Below, piece after piece: positions 38,801-52,400 of a stretch of DNA of 64,000 nt. Under the pieces are notes generated by a model that had not been told where the DNA came from, made no database searches, and worked only from the letters and a program-made list of their open reading frames with translations. The position numbers and the translations under genes are program-made. Location of the stretch: the NCBI GenBank assembly GCA_950097015.1, contig CATNEN010000001.1:13206001-13270000 (forward strand). Reading direction: 5' to 3'. This DNA comes from Macrostomum hystrix. Its lineage: Eukaryota; Animalia; Platyhelminthes. Every line of letters begins with the position of its first letter. Position 1 is the first letter of the stretch.

Positions 38801-40094
38801 AGCGACGAGTAGTATCGATAGCCGCTGCATCCAAGTCTCGTGCATACTTGCCCATACACGTGGCCGAGTCCAATTAGCCTGTTAGTCATAACAGAATACT
38901 CATCACAGTACGCGTATGTTGAGTCTTGAATAAAAGCCATCTGCCAGTAGAGCTCAGACTCCTGGAAGACACGTACAAATGCGAGTAGTTGAGTACAGTA
39001 GCGACTATCCGCACATTTTAAAACGAGAAATCAAGTCGTTTCAATGTGCTAAAAAATTACGATAGAAAGTTACATTTTTTCAATCAGCTCTGCAGCCACA
39101 TGTGTTCGCATCATTGTTATTAACAGTGTTATTAATTTACCGTATAGAAGTAAATTCAAACTCGCGCTATTTTGGTTATGTAATAAAGTCAGCGTGGCTT
39201 GCAGAGAGAGAAGTTTTTCAGAGCAGGCCAAGCCTAGCTCTCTAAATAAATATAAGTTTATTTCTCAGCCTGACCAGGCTGACCAATCAGCCGCTACCTC
39301 TGGGCGTGCACGCGCTCCAGAGTACGCACATGCGCGAGTACATTGTGAGAGAGAGAGAGAAAAATAACACCCTCAATCCCCTACTCTGCACTGATAGCGA
39401 AACGCAGTCACCACAGGTTAAATCCTTAAAAACTCAAAAAAAATCGCATAGAAAAGTTTAAATTGTAAAAATTTTGTTTAATCGCTGTCCAAATATATAT
39501 ATTCATTTTTCGAAAAATAAATATAGTATAAACAACACTTTTTTGTTTGTGAAGTGAGTTTTGCGTGTGAAAATAAAGTTCCTTGTCAGCATACAGATAA
39601 CTCTTCAAAGCAAAAGCTAAATTATTGAGTTGAGAGTCAATTCTCCCAACTTTAACTCTAACAAGAAAGAGTTAGATAATGGAGACTTTGCGGTAATAAT
39701 TATAGGTGAATTCTAGTGATAATTGAAAAAAAAGTTACGATAAGTTAAGACTATTAATTAGTGGAACATTAAAATAAGAAGGCTGCTAAACTCAAATCTT
39801 GGGACGTCTAATATACTTCTAATCAACTGGAATATTAGTATAATCAGTTGCCGTACGGTGAATAAGTATATAACAGGATTAGCCCTGTTACAAATACGCA
39901 AAGACAAGGTGTACATTAGTGAGGCTGCTTACATTGCTCAATGCCACCTGTTTCAGTGCCATGAAGCCGCCCACGAACTCGCCGCCACAGTCGACGGTTC
40001 GAAACTGTACTAGGGCGATGAAGACAGAGATCAGAACTCGGCTGTAGGTCTTTGTCCAGGAGCATTCATTATGGCCTTCCACCCAGTGCGCCAT
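32894..40094 (-). CDS. Large (~2035 aa) secreted, probably GPI-anchored multidomain surface protein (exons 40094-39933, 38961-38792, 38669-32894)
   Basis: Spliced length 6108 nt is in frame. N-terminal hydrophobic segment; DPDGDKVRCRW motif; Ig/cadherin-like beta-sandwich segments; EGF-like CVCNTNWTGADC; basic furin-like sites (RARR, RGKR); S/T-rich stalk and short hydrophobic C-terminus with no cytoplasmic tail. Intron 2 requires a GC donor. Confidence 0.85.
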
Positions 40095-40507
40095 TTCGGT
40101 GTAACAAAACTGCTTCTAGTCTGAGAAGGACGATGTGTAAGTAGAAAAAGTTCTTTAATTCGTAAAGCAAGTATTTTTTGTTCTATTTTTCTACTCTACC
40201 TAGCCTGTTGGCTAATATAGTGCTTTAGTGAGTTGAACGAAAACGACGAAAGAACGAGAGAGTCTGCTTTTATCGCTCAGTTGGCTTGTTAAACAGACAG
40301 CAGCTAGCTGAAGTGTGGGTTTGGGCACCTTACAACGAAAAAAAACTTCATTTGATGCAATAACTGCCTATGAAACCGCTAACACATTGAGGGACTCGCA
40401 TAGAACATCTAAACTAAAAAAATGGCCTTTCGTAGCCCACTCGCGCACAATATGTCTGTTTTGTTAATAGCTTTGCTAGGCTGCATAATTTACTGTTCAG
40501 TCCGTAA

Positions 40508-40683
40508 ATATAATAATTGATTACACCTGCCCCATTTGGATCAGTACAGCCTTAGCAATTGCACAGATCGCATCTGAAGGCTGCGTACGGCTGTTCAGTC
40601 CATGGACTGGGGGGACGCCACACCCACCCTCAATTACCCCACTTTGCACCAATGCATCTTTAACAGCTTGGGGAACTGAAGCA
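40508..40683 (-). mobile_element. SINE 3' half (inverted), same family
   Basis: Reverse complement matches the core end, 3' domain and tail of 43076-43385. Confidence 0.8.
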
Positions 40684-42480
40684 GCCTAATCGTAAGAGCG
40701 TCGTATCGACTAACTGATCAGAGGTCGGGGTCCCAACTTTGCAGATTAATCGTAAGAGCGTCGTATCGACTAACTGATTAGAGGTCGGGGTCCCAACTTT
40801 GCAGCCTAATGGTAAGAGCGTCGTATCGACTAACTGATTAGAGGTCGGGGTCCCAACTTTGCAGCCTAATGGTAAGAGCGTCGTATCGACTAACTGATCA
40901 GAGGTCGGGGTCCCAACTTTGCAGCCTAATGGTAAGAGCGTCGTATCGACTAACTGATTAGAGGTCGGGGTCCCAACTTTGCAGCCTAATGGTAAGAGTG
41001 TCGTATCGACTAACTGATTAGAGGTCGGGGTCCCAACTTTGCAGCCTAATGGTAAGAGCGTCGTATCGACTAACTGATTAGAGGTCGGGGTCCCAACTTT
41101 GCAGCCTAATGGTAAGAGCGTCGGATCGACTAACTGATTAGAGGTCGGGGTCCCAACTTTGCAGCCTAATGGTAAGAGTGTCGTATCGACTAACTGATTA
41201 GAGGTCGGGGTCCCAACTTTGCAGCCTAATGGTAAGAGTGTCGTATCGACTAACTGATTAGAGGTCGGGGTCCCAACTTTGCAGATTAATCGTAAGAGCG
41301 TCGTATCGACTAACTGATTAGAGGTCGGGGTCCCAACTTTGCAGCCTAATGGTAAGAGCATCGTATCGACTAACTGATCAGAGGTCGGGGTCCCAACTTT
41401 GCAGCCTAATGGTAAGAGCGTCGTATCGGCTAACTGATTAGAGGTCGGGGTCCCAACTTTGCAGCCTAATGGTAAGAGCGTCGGATCGACTAACTGATTA
41501 GAGGTCGGGGTCCCAACTTTGCAGCCTAATGGTAAGATCGTCGGATCGACTAACTGATTAGAGGTCGGGGTCCCAACTTTGCAGCCTAATGGTAAGAGCG
41601 TCGGATCGACTAACTGATCAGAGGTCGGGGTCCCAACTTTGCAGCCTAATGGTAAGAGCGTCGGATCGACTAACTGATTAGAGGTCGGGGTCCCAACTTT
41701 GCAGCCTAATGGTAAGAGCGTCGGATCGACTAACTGATTAGAGGTCGGGGTCCCAACTTTGCAGCCTAATGGTAAGAGCGTCGTATCGACTAACTGATTA
41801 GAGGTCGGGGTCCCAACTTTGCAGCCTAATGGTAAGAGCGTCGTATCGACTAACTGATTAGAGGTCGGGGTCCCAACTTTGCAGCCTAATGGTAAGAGCG
41901 TCGGATCGACTAACTGATTAGAGGTCGGGGTCCCAACTTTGCAGCCTAATGGTAAGAGCGTCGTATCGACTAACTGATTAGAGGTCGGGGTCCCAACTTT
42001 GCAGCCTAATGGTAAGAGCGTCGGATCGACTAACTGATTAGAGGTCGGGGTCCCAACTTTGCAGCCTAATGGTAAGAGCGTCGTATCGACTAACTGATTA
42101 GAGGTCGGGGTCCCAACTTTGCAGCCTAATGGCAAGAGCGTCGTATCGACTAACTGATTAGAGGTCGGGGTCCCAACTTTGCAGCCTAATGGTAAGAGCG
42201 TCGGATTGACTAACTGATTAGAGGTCGGGGTCCCAACTTTGCAGCCTAATGGTAAGAGCGTCGCATCGACTAACTGATTAGAGGTCGGGGTCCCAACTTT
42301 GCAGCCTAATGGTAAGATCGTCGGATCGACTAACTGATTAGAGGTCGGGGTCCCAACTTTGCAGCCTAATGGTAAGAGCGTCGTATCGACTAACTGATCA
42401 GAGGTCGGGGTCCCAACTTTGCAGCCTAATGGTAAGAGCGTCGTATCGACTAACTGATTAGAGGTCGGGGGCTCGACTCC
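40681..42480 (+). repeat. 60-bp tandem array (30 units) derived from the SINE tRNA head
   Basis: Unit GCAGCCTAATGGTAAGAGCGTCG(T/G)ATCGACTAACTGATTAGAGGTCGGGGTCCCAACTTT. The last unit continues into the B-box region and SINE body. Confidence 0.95.
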
Positions 42481-42680
42481 CGGCTCCATCGGAAAGATTT
42501 CAATCCTTTAGCAAGACACTTAGACTCTGCATTGCTTCAGCTCACCCAGCTGTTAAATGGATGAATTAGCTTCAAGTGGTTGGCTGGGTGCGGCGTCCCC
42601 CCAGTCCTTGGACTGAACAACCGTGCTCAGTAGCTGCGGCTGTGCTGTCGGCTGCACATCTGGCCTAATTGTGGCAGTTA
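42421..42680 (+). mobile_element. Diverged CORE-like SINE whose head seeds the 60-bp array
   Basis: GGCTCGACTCC B-box-like sequence, then CCTTTAGCAAGACACTTAGACTCTGCATTGCTTCAG core and 3' domain. Confidence 0.85.
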
Positions 42681-43075
42681 TGTATCGTATTGCATATTAC
42701 TTTCATAGACGGTAACCAATATTGTCAGTTTCCAATCCTCAGAATGATTCGAAAACTGCACAACGAATATATTTTCTAGCCTTGTTAAATAAATCTATCT
42801 ATAGACATACGAGTCGCCAAGGCTTACCAGTGTGTAGTTTTACGGATATATTCGGTTTGGGTCTATTGAGCAGATGTGATTTAGGCTAATGCCTTCGTCC
42901 TATCGTAAAATGGTATCTTCTCTCTTCTCTTCTTGTCTTCTCTCTGTACTGTTAGGCTATCCTATTAATGCATTCGCACTAGCCAGTCGACTGGCAACAA
43001 TTCAGCTATTAGAAGAGATTTAATTGTGAGAAAATAAAATAAAATTTAATCAATAGCATTTATTATTAAACAAAA

Positions 43076-43385
43076 GAGGTTGTAGCCTAGTGGTTAGGGC
43101 GTCGGACTCACAACTTGAAGGTCGGGGGTTCGATTCCCGACTCCACTGGAACAATTTGCGTCCTTTAGCAAGACACTTAACTCTGCATTGCTTCAGTTCA
43201 CCCAGCTGTTAAATGGGTACCAGCATCAGCTGGGATAATTGAAGGTGGGTGTGGCGTCCCCCCAGTCCGTGGACTGAACAGCTGTACGCAGCCTTCAGAT
43301 GCGCCGCGCATTAGCTGCGGCTGTGCTGTCGGCTGCACATCTGACCCAATTGGGGCAGGTGTAATCAATTATAATTATTATTATT
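43076..43385 (+). mobile_element. Full-length tRNA-derived SINE with CORE-like central domain
   Basis: A box TAGCCTAGTGG, B box GGTTCGATTCC, MIR/CORE-like centre, (ATT)n tail and TSD TTATTATTAAACAA (43060-43073 and 43381-43394). Confidence 0.92.
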
Positions 43386-43496
43386 ATTAAACAATAGTCG
43401 ATCGAACTGCTAAATTGAAGGCAATAATACAGGGAAAAATAAGACAGACATCCTACTTGATATTGATTACGAATATCCGAGAAGATGTGACCTCTA

Positions 43497-44272
43497 GCTT
43501 TGAATAACAATAGGAGGGCTCTGATTGGCTGAGGCAAAGCTTTGAATAACAATAGGAGGGCTCTGATTGGCTGAGGCAATGGGTTACTTGATTGGCTGAG
43601 GCAATGGGTTACTTGATTGGCTGAGGCAATGGGTTACTTGATTGGCTGAGGCAATGGGTTACTTGATTGGCTGAGGCAATGGGTTACTTTATTGGCTGAG
43701 GCAATGGGTTACTTGATTGGCTGAGGCAATGGGTTACTTGATTGGCTGAGGCAATGGGTTAATTTATTGGCTGAGGCAATGGGTTACTTGATTGGCTGAG
43801 GCAATGGGTTACTTGATTGGCTGAGGCAATGGGTTACTTGATTGGCTGAGGCAATGGGTTACTTGATTGGCTGAGGCAATGGGTTACTTTATTGGCTGAG
43901 GCAATGGGTTACTTGATTGGCTGAGGCAATGGGTTACTTGATTGGCTGAGGCAATGGGTTACTTGATTGGCTGAGGCAATGGGTTACTTTATTGGCTGAG
44001 GCAATGGGTTACTTGATTGGCTGAGGCAATGGGTTACTTGATCGGCTGAGGCAATGGGTTAATTTATTGGCTGAGGCAATGGGTTACTTGATTGGCTGAG
44101 GCAATGGGTTACTTGATTGGCTGAGGCAATGGGTTACTTGATTGGCTGAGGCAATGGGTTACTTGATTGGCTGAGGCAATGGGTTACTTTATTGGCTGAG
44201 GCAATGGGTTACTTGATTGGCTGAGGCAATGGGTTACTTGATTGGCTGAGGCAATGGGTTACTTGATTGGCT
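43497..44272 (+). repeat. 25-bp minisatellite (ATTGGCTGAGGCAATGGGTTACTTG)n, ~28 units, each with an inverted CCAAT box
   Basis: Directly visible; preceded by two ~41-bp units sharing GATTGGCTGAGGCAA. Confidence 0.96.
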
Positions 44273-44815
44273 ATCTAAGAAAATAGTTTATTTAGTTATT
44301 TTTAGTGCTATCTCTCTTTGAGCTATTTAATTTGTTTCTCTTTAATATGTCATTGCTCGCATAAGTTACTGCAGTACCCATGCTACAGCTAGCAGTCCAG
44401 CTAGACTCATTGTGATCAGCTTCTGGCCGGGCCACAGTGAGACGCCTGCATTTTCGTTGCACATGTCGGTTGAGCACAGTCGGCAGGCCTGCTTGTTGTT
44501 GCAGAATATTGAGTAGCTAAATTCCGTGCAGCCTCTCTGCTCCATCTGAATATAAAAATTTTGGAAATATGTTTAATTATCCGACGTACGTTGATGTCAA
44601 GACAATATTTCTAATATTTCTACCACTTTGCTCCAGTGCTTACGTATCCCATGACAGGCAGTGGGACCCTGTAATAATAGCAGCTGTGTGCACAGCTCAC
44701 TATTGAAGGAGTTATTCCACCGTTAGTGTATCTGCACATAATGGAAGTCTGTGCGTCTGAAAGGTTAGGAAAATTATATGGTATAATAGGTCCAACAGGC
44801 CAGCCTGCCCCGCCC

Positions 44816-46224
<1,409 letters not shown>

Positions 46225-49200
46225 TTTACAAAACAAGCATTTTCAAGCTTACCTGATATCCCAGCATATACTAGCAAGTTTATTGGAATTATTATAAGTA
46301 GAAAAGGCTTTCTTGAGCTCTCCATTTAACAATGAGGGCTATCAACTTGTTAAACAGTTAATTAATTGCGCGGTTAGAAAACCTTAGTCTAACCTAGCGG
46401 AGTATTTTTGAACAGCAATCGTGATTTATATATGCTGTCTTTAGCTATTGCCCAAGCGTGAGAGTATTCCTCCTTTTGTTCCCCAGATCCCATTCTTGCC
46501 GCGTCATCCTAGCTGCTACCACTCCGGTAGTCATAGTGACGGGGTGGCGGGCAGAGCAGGCTGCAAGGTGAGGGAAGAGGAATTATGTACTGCAGGTGTG
46601 CAGCATAGAATTAAGCGTCCTCTTTGATTTCTAATGGCTTAGAAAAGTACACGCATAACTGGCGTTACCATAGTGACGGTCCGGTGTTTCACGTATTCAG
46701 ATTCTGTTAGTTCGCGTTCTGGCAACTGTGAAAATACAAATTAATTGCATCATAAAAAGCGGATGCTTATGCACACACAGTGCTTCTCTTTGTCGTCAGC
46801 TATAGTTCTCTAAATATATGCAAATGCAATCGATGGCATAGCAATTAGGTCATTGATCGTAATTGATAAGTTTAAAAAAAGTACGACTAATGAGTCTGTT
46901 TTTTAGTGCAAATTTAACTTAAGATGTCTTTATTGCAGATAACTTATTGTGCTTTTACATTCACGGCAATAACGCTGCATGTATAAAGCATTATATTGTA
47001 AGTGTATCTAACGAAAGTTGCGATAAACAGTAAAATATTATGCAGATGCAGGTAAGCCACTTTTTACGAATCAAATATCTCTTGAACCTATATTTAGCCG
47101 GATAAGGCTTTCTCCACATTTCGTCAGTTTTTTTTTCAATGAAAATCACATTTTTTACTTCAAAATACGTTTTTCAGGAATTTCGGTTAAGTTTATTATT
47201 TTGGGATCACATTTTGGGCTCAACATGCGTCCTCACAATAAGCCTATTTAATTTTAGTCCGGTTATCACTTCTTATAAGCTCATAAATATTCACTTACTC
47301 ATCAACTTATTATATTCAGTTATCGGTTACCAGACGAAAATTACAAGGGTGAAAGGACCATTAGTAGCACGTATATTCGTATACTCTAGAAGTCCTTTGA
47401 ATTACAAAATATAATTCTATATAAAAAGTGGTATCTGATGTTCGGTTCTTCTCCAAAGACAAGAGCTTACAATTTACTCTAATGTTTTTATTTCATTTTT
47501 TGCTAAAAAGTATATACAGCTCCACATGTTTTGTGTTTACGAAAAAACGATTTTTTATGTAAGTTTTGTTTTATCCTTCTAAAAGTGGTGTGATTTTTCT
47601 TTTGCGTAAATTTAATATCAATCGAACGATATATTTTTATGAAACAAGTAGTTTGTCAACAGTTAATTTTTCGTTGTTTATGTTCATAAAGTTGCTTAAA
47701 ATATCGTGTGAAAATATTTCTTTGACGTGATTTTTCTTGCCCAAAGTTGTTTTTCTGGGTATTAGCTGGTCACAATGTCATGTAAGTTCTCATTTAATGC
47801 CTGTACTTATGTCTGTACCTGTATCAATTTTTTAAACTTAAGCCTTTAGGATCAGCTAAAAGGTTTTCACTATCTTTTGAACATTAACGCATATGTTATT
47901 CGTTTCGAGCTTATTAATGTAGTTTATGTACTGTATCCTTTGTGTTTTTATAATATCAATATTGACCTAACTTTTGAGATTTTTGTAATTCAATCTATAG
48001 AACACATTATTTATGTCACTTTATGCAAAGTATGATCTGTAATCCACAAACAAATTGCAGTATTTGGCGTTCCAAAAGATTTATGTAGTTTATGGATTAA
48101 CAGAAATTAGCTTAGCAGATAAAAAATTACCAACAAGAAAAGAAATACATTTTTTGATACTTTGAATCATATGTTCAGTAGACTATAAGATAAATTAAGG
48201 CTTCAACAACAATGACTCGTAAATTTGTTAATTGACTATAATCTGCCACAAAACGCTGAGCGCAAAACAACTCCTTAACTATTATAAGTCAACATTCCAC
48301 ATTTATTAAAGCTCCAGTGCAGCCAACCTCAAATCAAAAATGGGGTGGGGCAGGTGGGATAGGCTGACTGATGGACTTGAGTACATATACAGTACAAAAG
48401 AGAGAAAAGCCTTCACAACATCCTGATATTTTGTTACTTTTTCATTTAATATTTGATTCTACAAAAATCACATCACATGCATAATTACCATAGTCTAGAT
48501 TATATTAGGTACATGCAAGAAAGAAAATATGAAAAATAACACTCCAATTTTAGAACTTTTTTATTGCATGCCAACATGGCATGCAAAATATGAACATCAG
48601 GACAAAAATAATAATTTTAATTTGTAAAATACATTATATATATTTCAATTAAAAATGTATTTAGCTGTATTTTTTGTCTAATTTATAAAGAAAGAATGTT
48701 TGTATAACTAAAATAACATGTTGTAGTCTTACAAAATCTAATGATTGATATGCTATATAGTAAAGTATATAACTATAGTTCTTGAGTGTTTTACACTGTT
48801 GTTGATATTTTACTAATACAATTCACTACTATTAGATGTTGATAATGCATCTAACTAAGAGCTTTGCACAATTAATCTCTTTTTATAAATAGAAACAAAA
48901 TTAAATTGTGATTATAAAATGTAAAGCATAGATGTGCAACCTTCCAAATCTTAGCCGGCTGTGCAACTTAGTTTTTGCTCTATTTATGACTTGATGTAAA
49001 GTATTACTTAGCCAATAAGCCTTCACAAATCCAATAGCCAATAGCCATCTTAGGCAATTAGCATTTAATATATCAATTTTAAAAGTAGATTGTTTAATAA
49101 TGTTTAGGGACAAGTTCACTACAAGCCAAGTCAAGTCAATCAAAATCACCATCAGAATATGTGACTACATTTTCTCATAGTAGTATCTTGAGTCTTTCAC

Positions 49201-49483
49201 TGATTTTATCACAATACAGAATAAAAAGAAGCCAAGCACATTGGGTTGACATTGTTCATGAGCTGCAACAGTAAGAAGTCCAGACATTCAAGGGACAATG
49301 TCTGCCATTTCAAACCTGGGCTCTGAGGTCTTGCTGCACCCACCCTACTTGCAAGAACTTGCTTTTAATGACTTTTTGCCACCAACAGTAGTGTATAGGC
49401 CACAGCATCTGCTATCAGTCAGTACTAAGAAGTTAGATGACTACAAGTTTTGACATTAATTCATTGTTCAACTACTTCTTGGC

Positions 49484-52400
49484 ATGTATCAATTTACCGA
49501 AAACCCTGTCACAGACCATCTGGATGACATCCTGAGTGACCTGCAGGCTGATGGCCTCGCTCCGCTGCCAGACTTGGACCTGATGTCTGGCATTGTGTCT
49601 GATGCCGATCCATTGTTAGACGACTCCTTTGTGCAGCAAATCATTGGCGAATATGACAGCTTCGTGCCCAGTATGCTAGACTCATCTGGGCCAGCCATTC
49701 CAACATCTGTGCACCAGGCTGCGGAACTTGGCTTGTATCAGCAGCAGCAGCAGCACCAGCCTGAGCTCAAGTCTGAGCCAGCCCAGCGCTTTAACGTCCT
49801 AGAAACTTTGCTGAGGAATCCAGCCCCGGGTCCTGTGGTGACACCGGCTCCTCCGGCTGTGCTGACTGCCGCCTCCACTGTGTCCAGCTCGACTGCTGCT
49901 GGCGTGTCACAGTCCAGTGTAGCCTCAGTGACGGCCACTGATAAACTGATTGCATTGCTGCTGCAACAACGAGAGGATGCCACTAGGCGTGAAAATCTCA
50001 TCAACCGCTTGGTGCGTCAGGTTTGCCAGGAGCAGCAGCAGCGAAGGCCAGGAAGTGTTCAACAGCCTCCGGTGGCTGAAGAATTGGCTGCGGCATTTCG
50101 CGAACTGTCCACAGCTCAGCTGGAACAGCTGGCTAGCGGCAGTTTGCAGATAATGCTACCAAATGCGCAACACACTGTTGTGCCATCCACTGCTGCTGCT
50201 GCTGCGCTTACTACTGCGGCTAGTAGTATAATTGTGTCTCATCCGCAGCTGCCACAGCCACCGGCTGTGTCCACTAGTATGTTCAAGGTGAGCCGAATTC
50301 AGTAAAGATAGATCTATAGAATCAGATAGTAGATCTAGGGAATGACGCAGTAGATCTAGGGAATGACGCAGTAGATCTAGGGAATGACGCAGTAGATCTA
50401 GGGAATGACACAGCAGATCTAGGGAATGACGCAGTAGATCTAGGGAATGACACAGCAGATCTAGGGAATGATGCAGTAGATCTAGGGAATGACACAGTAG
50501 ATCTAGGGAATGACGCAGTAGATCTAGGGAATGACACAGCAGATGTAGGGAATGACGCAGTAGATCTAGGGAATGACACAGTAGATCTAGGGAATGACAC
50601 AGTAGATCTAGGGAATGACACAGTAGATCTAGGGAATGACACAGTAGATCTAAAGAATGACACAGCAGATCTAGGGAATGACGCAGCAGATCTTGGGAAA
50701 TCGGTGCATGAATCTTTGCTTCCTAAGTTAAGAAATCCTTGCTTGGTGGACCGACAGGTCGAGCGTCTGTCGCCAGCTCTGTCAACTGCCTCGCCGACAT
50801 TGCCGACGCAGCCAGCGCAGCAGCAGCAGCAGCAGCAGCCCCCCGTGATGATTTCCACATCGTCTTTGTCGTCGCGTAAAGAGAATTTGTCTATTTCAGC
50901 TTCAGCATCAGCGGGGCCCGCATTCGACGAATTCAATGACGAAGATCTGGACGATGAAGACGAAGACGGCGATGGCGGCATGCCGATGGACCAGGATGCC
51001 GGAACTGGCGGCGGCACAGCGGGCCGACGCTCCGGTGGCGGCGGCGTCGGTCGAAAATCTTCGCACACGGTGATTGAGAAGAAGTACCGACAGAGCATCA
51101 ACAACAAAATCGATGAGCTGAGAAGGATGCTCGTCGGCCGCGACGGGAAGGTTCGTGAATGCCCGCCCTGCGACTTGGGGACTCTAGAAGGCTGGAAAGG
51201 GTAGCTTGGGGGAGTGTAAAGATTAGTTTATGGGAGAACGAGTCGTTTATGAGACAAATAGAGAGAGGTATGGTAAGTATAATTGTGGAGAGTAGAAGTA
51301 GGTTGGAGGGAAAGAGTAGTTTGGGGAATAAAGAGTAGGTTGGGGTGAAAGAGTAGGTTGGGGGGAAATAGTAGGTTGGGGGGAAATAGTAGGTCGGGAA
51401 TAAAGAGTAGGTTGGGGAAGAAACAGTAGGTTGGGGAAGAAACAGTAGGTTGGGGAAGAAAGAGTAGGTTGGGGAAGAAACAGTAGGTTGGGGAAGAAAG
51501 AGTAGGTTGGGGAAGAAACAGTAGGTTGGGGAAGAAAGAGTAGGTTGGGGGAAAACAGTAGGTTAGGGAATAAAGAGTAGATTGGGGAATAAAGAGTAGG
51601 TTGGGGGAAAAGAGTAGGTTGGGGAATAAAGAGTAGGTTGGGGGAAAAGAGTAGGTTGGGGGAAAAGAGTAGGTTGGGGAATAAAGAGTAGGTTGGGGGA
51701 AAAGAGTAGGTTGGGGAAGAAACATTAGGTTGGGGAATAAAGAGTAGGTTGGGGAAGAAACAGTAGGTTGGGAAAGAAAGAGTAGGTTGGGAAAGAAACA
51801 TTAGGTTGGGGAAGAAACAGTAGGTTGGGGAAGAAACAGTAGGTTGGGAAAGAAAGAGTAGGTTGGGAAAGAAACATTAGGTTGGGGAAGAAAGAGTAGG
51901 TTGGGGAATAAAGAGTAGATTGGGGAATAAAGAGTAGGTTGGGGGAAAAGAGTAGGTTGGGGAATAAAGAGTAGGTTGGGGGAAAAGAGTAGGTTGGGGA
52001 AGAAACATTAGGTTGGGGAAGAAAGAGTAGGTTGGGGAATAAAGAGTAGGTTGGGGGAAAATAGTAGGTTAGGGAATAAAGAGTAGGTTGGGGAAGAAAG
52101 AGTAGGTTGGGGAATAAAGAGTTGGTTGGGGAAGAAACATAAGGTTGGGGAATAAAGAGTAGGTTGGGGAAGAAAGAGCAGTTTGGGGAATAAAGAGTAA
52201 GTTGGGGGGAAAAGAGATGCTTGGGGACATAAAAAATGACTTGCGGGATAAATAGTAGCTTATAGGGGAGAGGTTGGTAGGGAGAAAAAGTAGGTTATAT
52301 GGAAGAAATAGTTAGGTTAGGCGCGAAATTAGCTTGTAGAATATAGAGTAGGTGGGGCAAGAAATTAGCTTGTAGAATATAGAGTAGGTGGGGCAAGAAA

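Noticed and set aside
40660-42489. 609-aa repeat ORF, or a CRISPR-like array
   Set aside because: Head-to-tail 60-bp monomers with no unique spacers and no cas genes in a eukaryotic context; monomer derives from a SINE head.
43076-43150. tRNA gene
   Set aside because: Has A/B boxes but continues into a SINE body, tail and TSD, and is repeated as a dispersed element.
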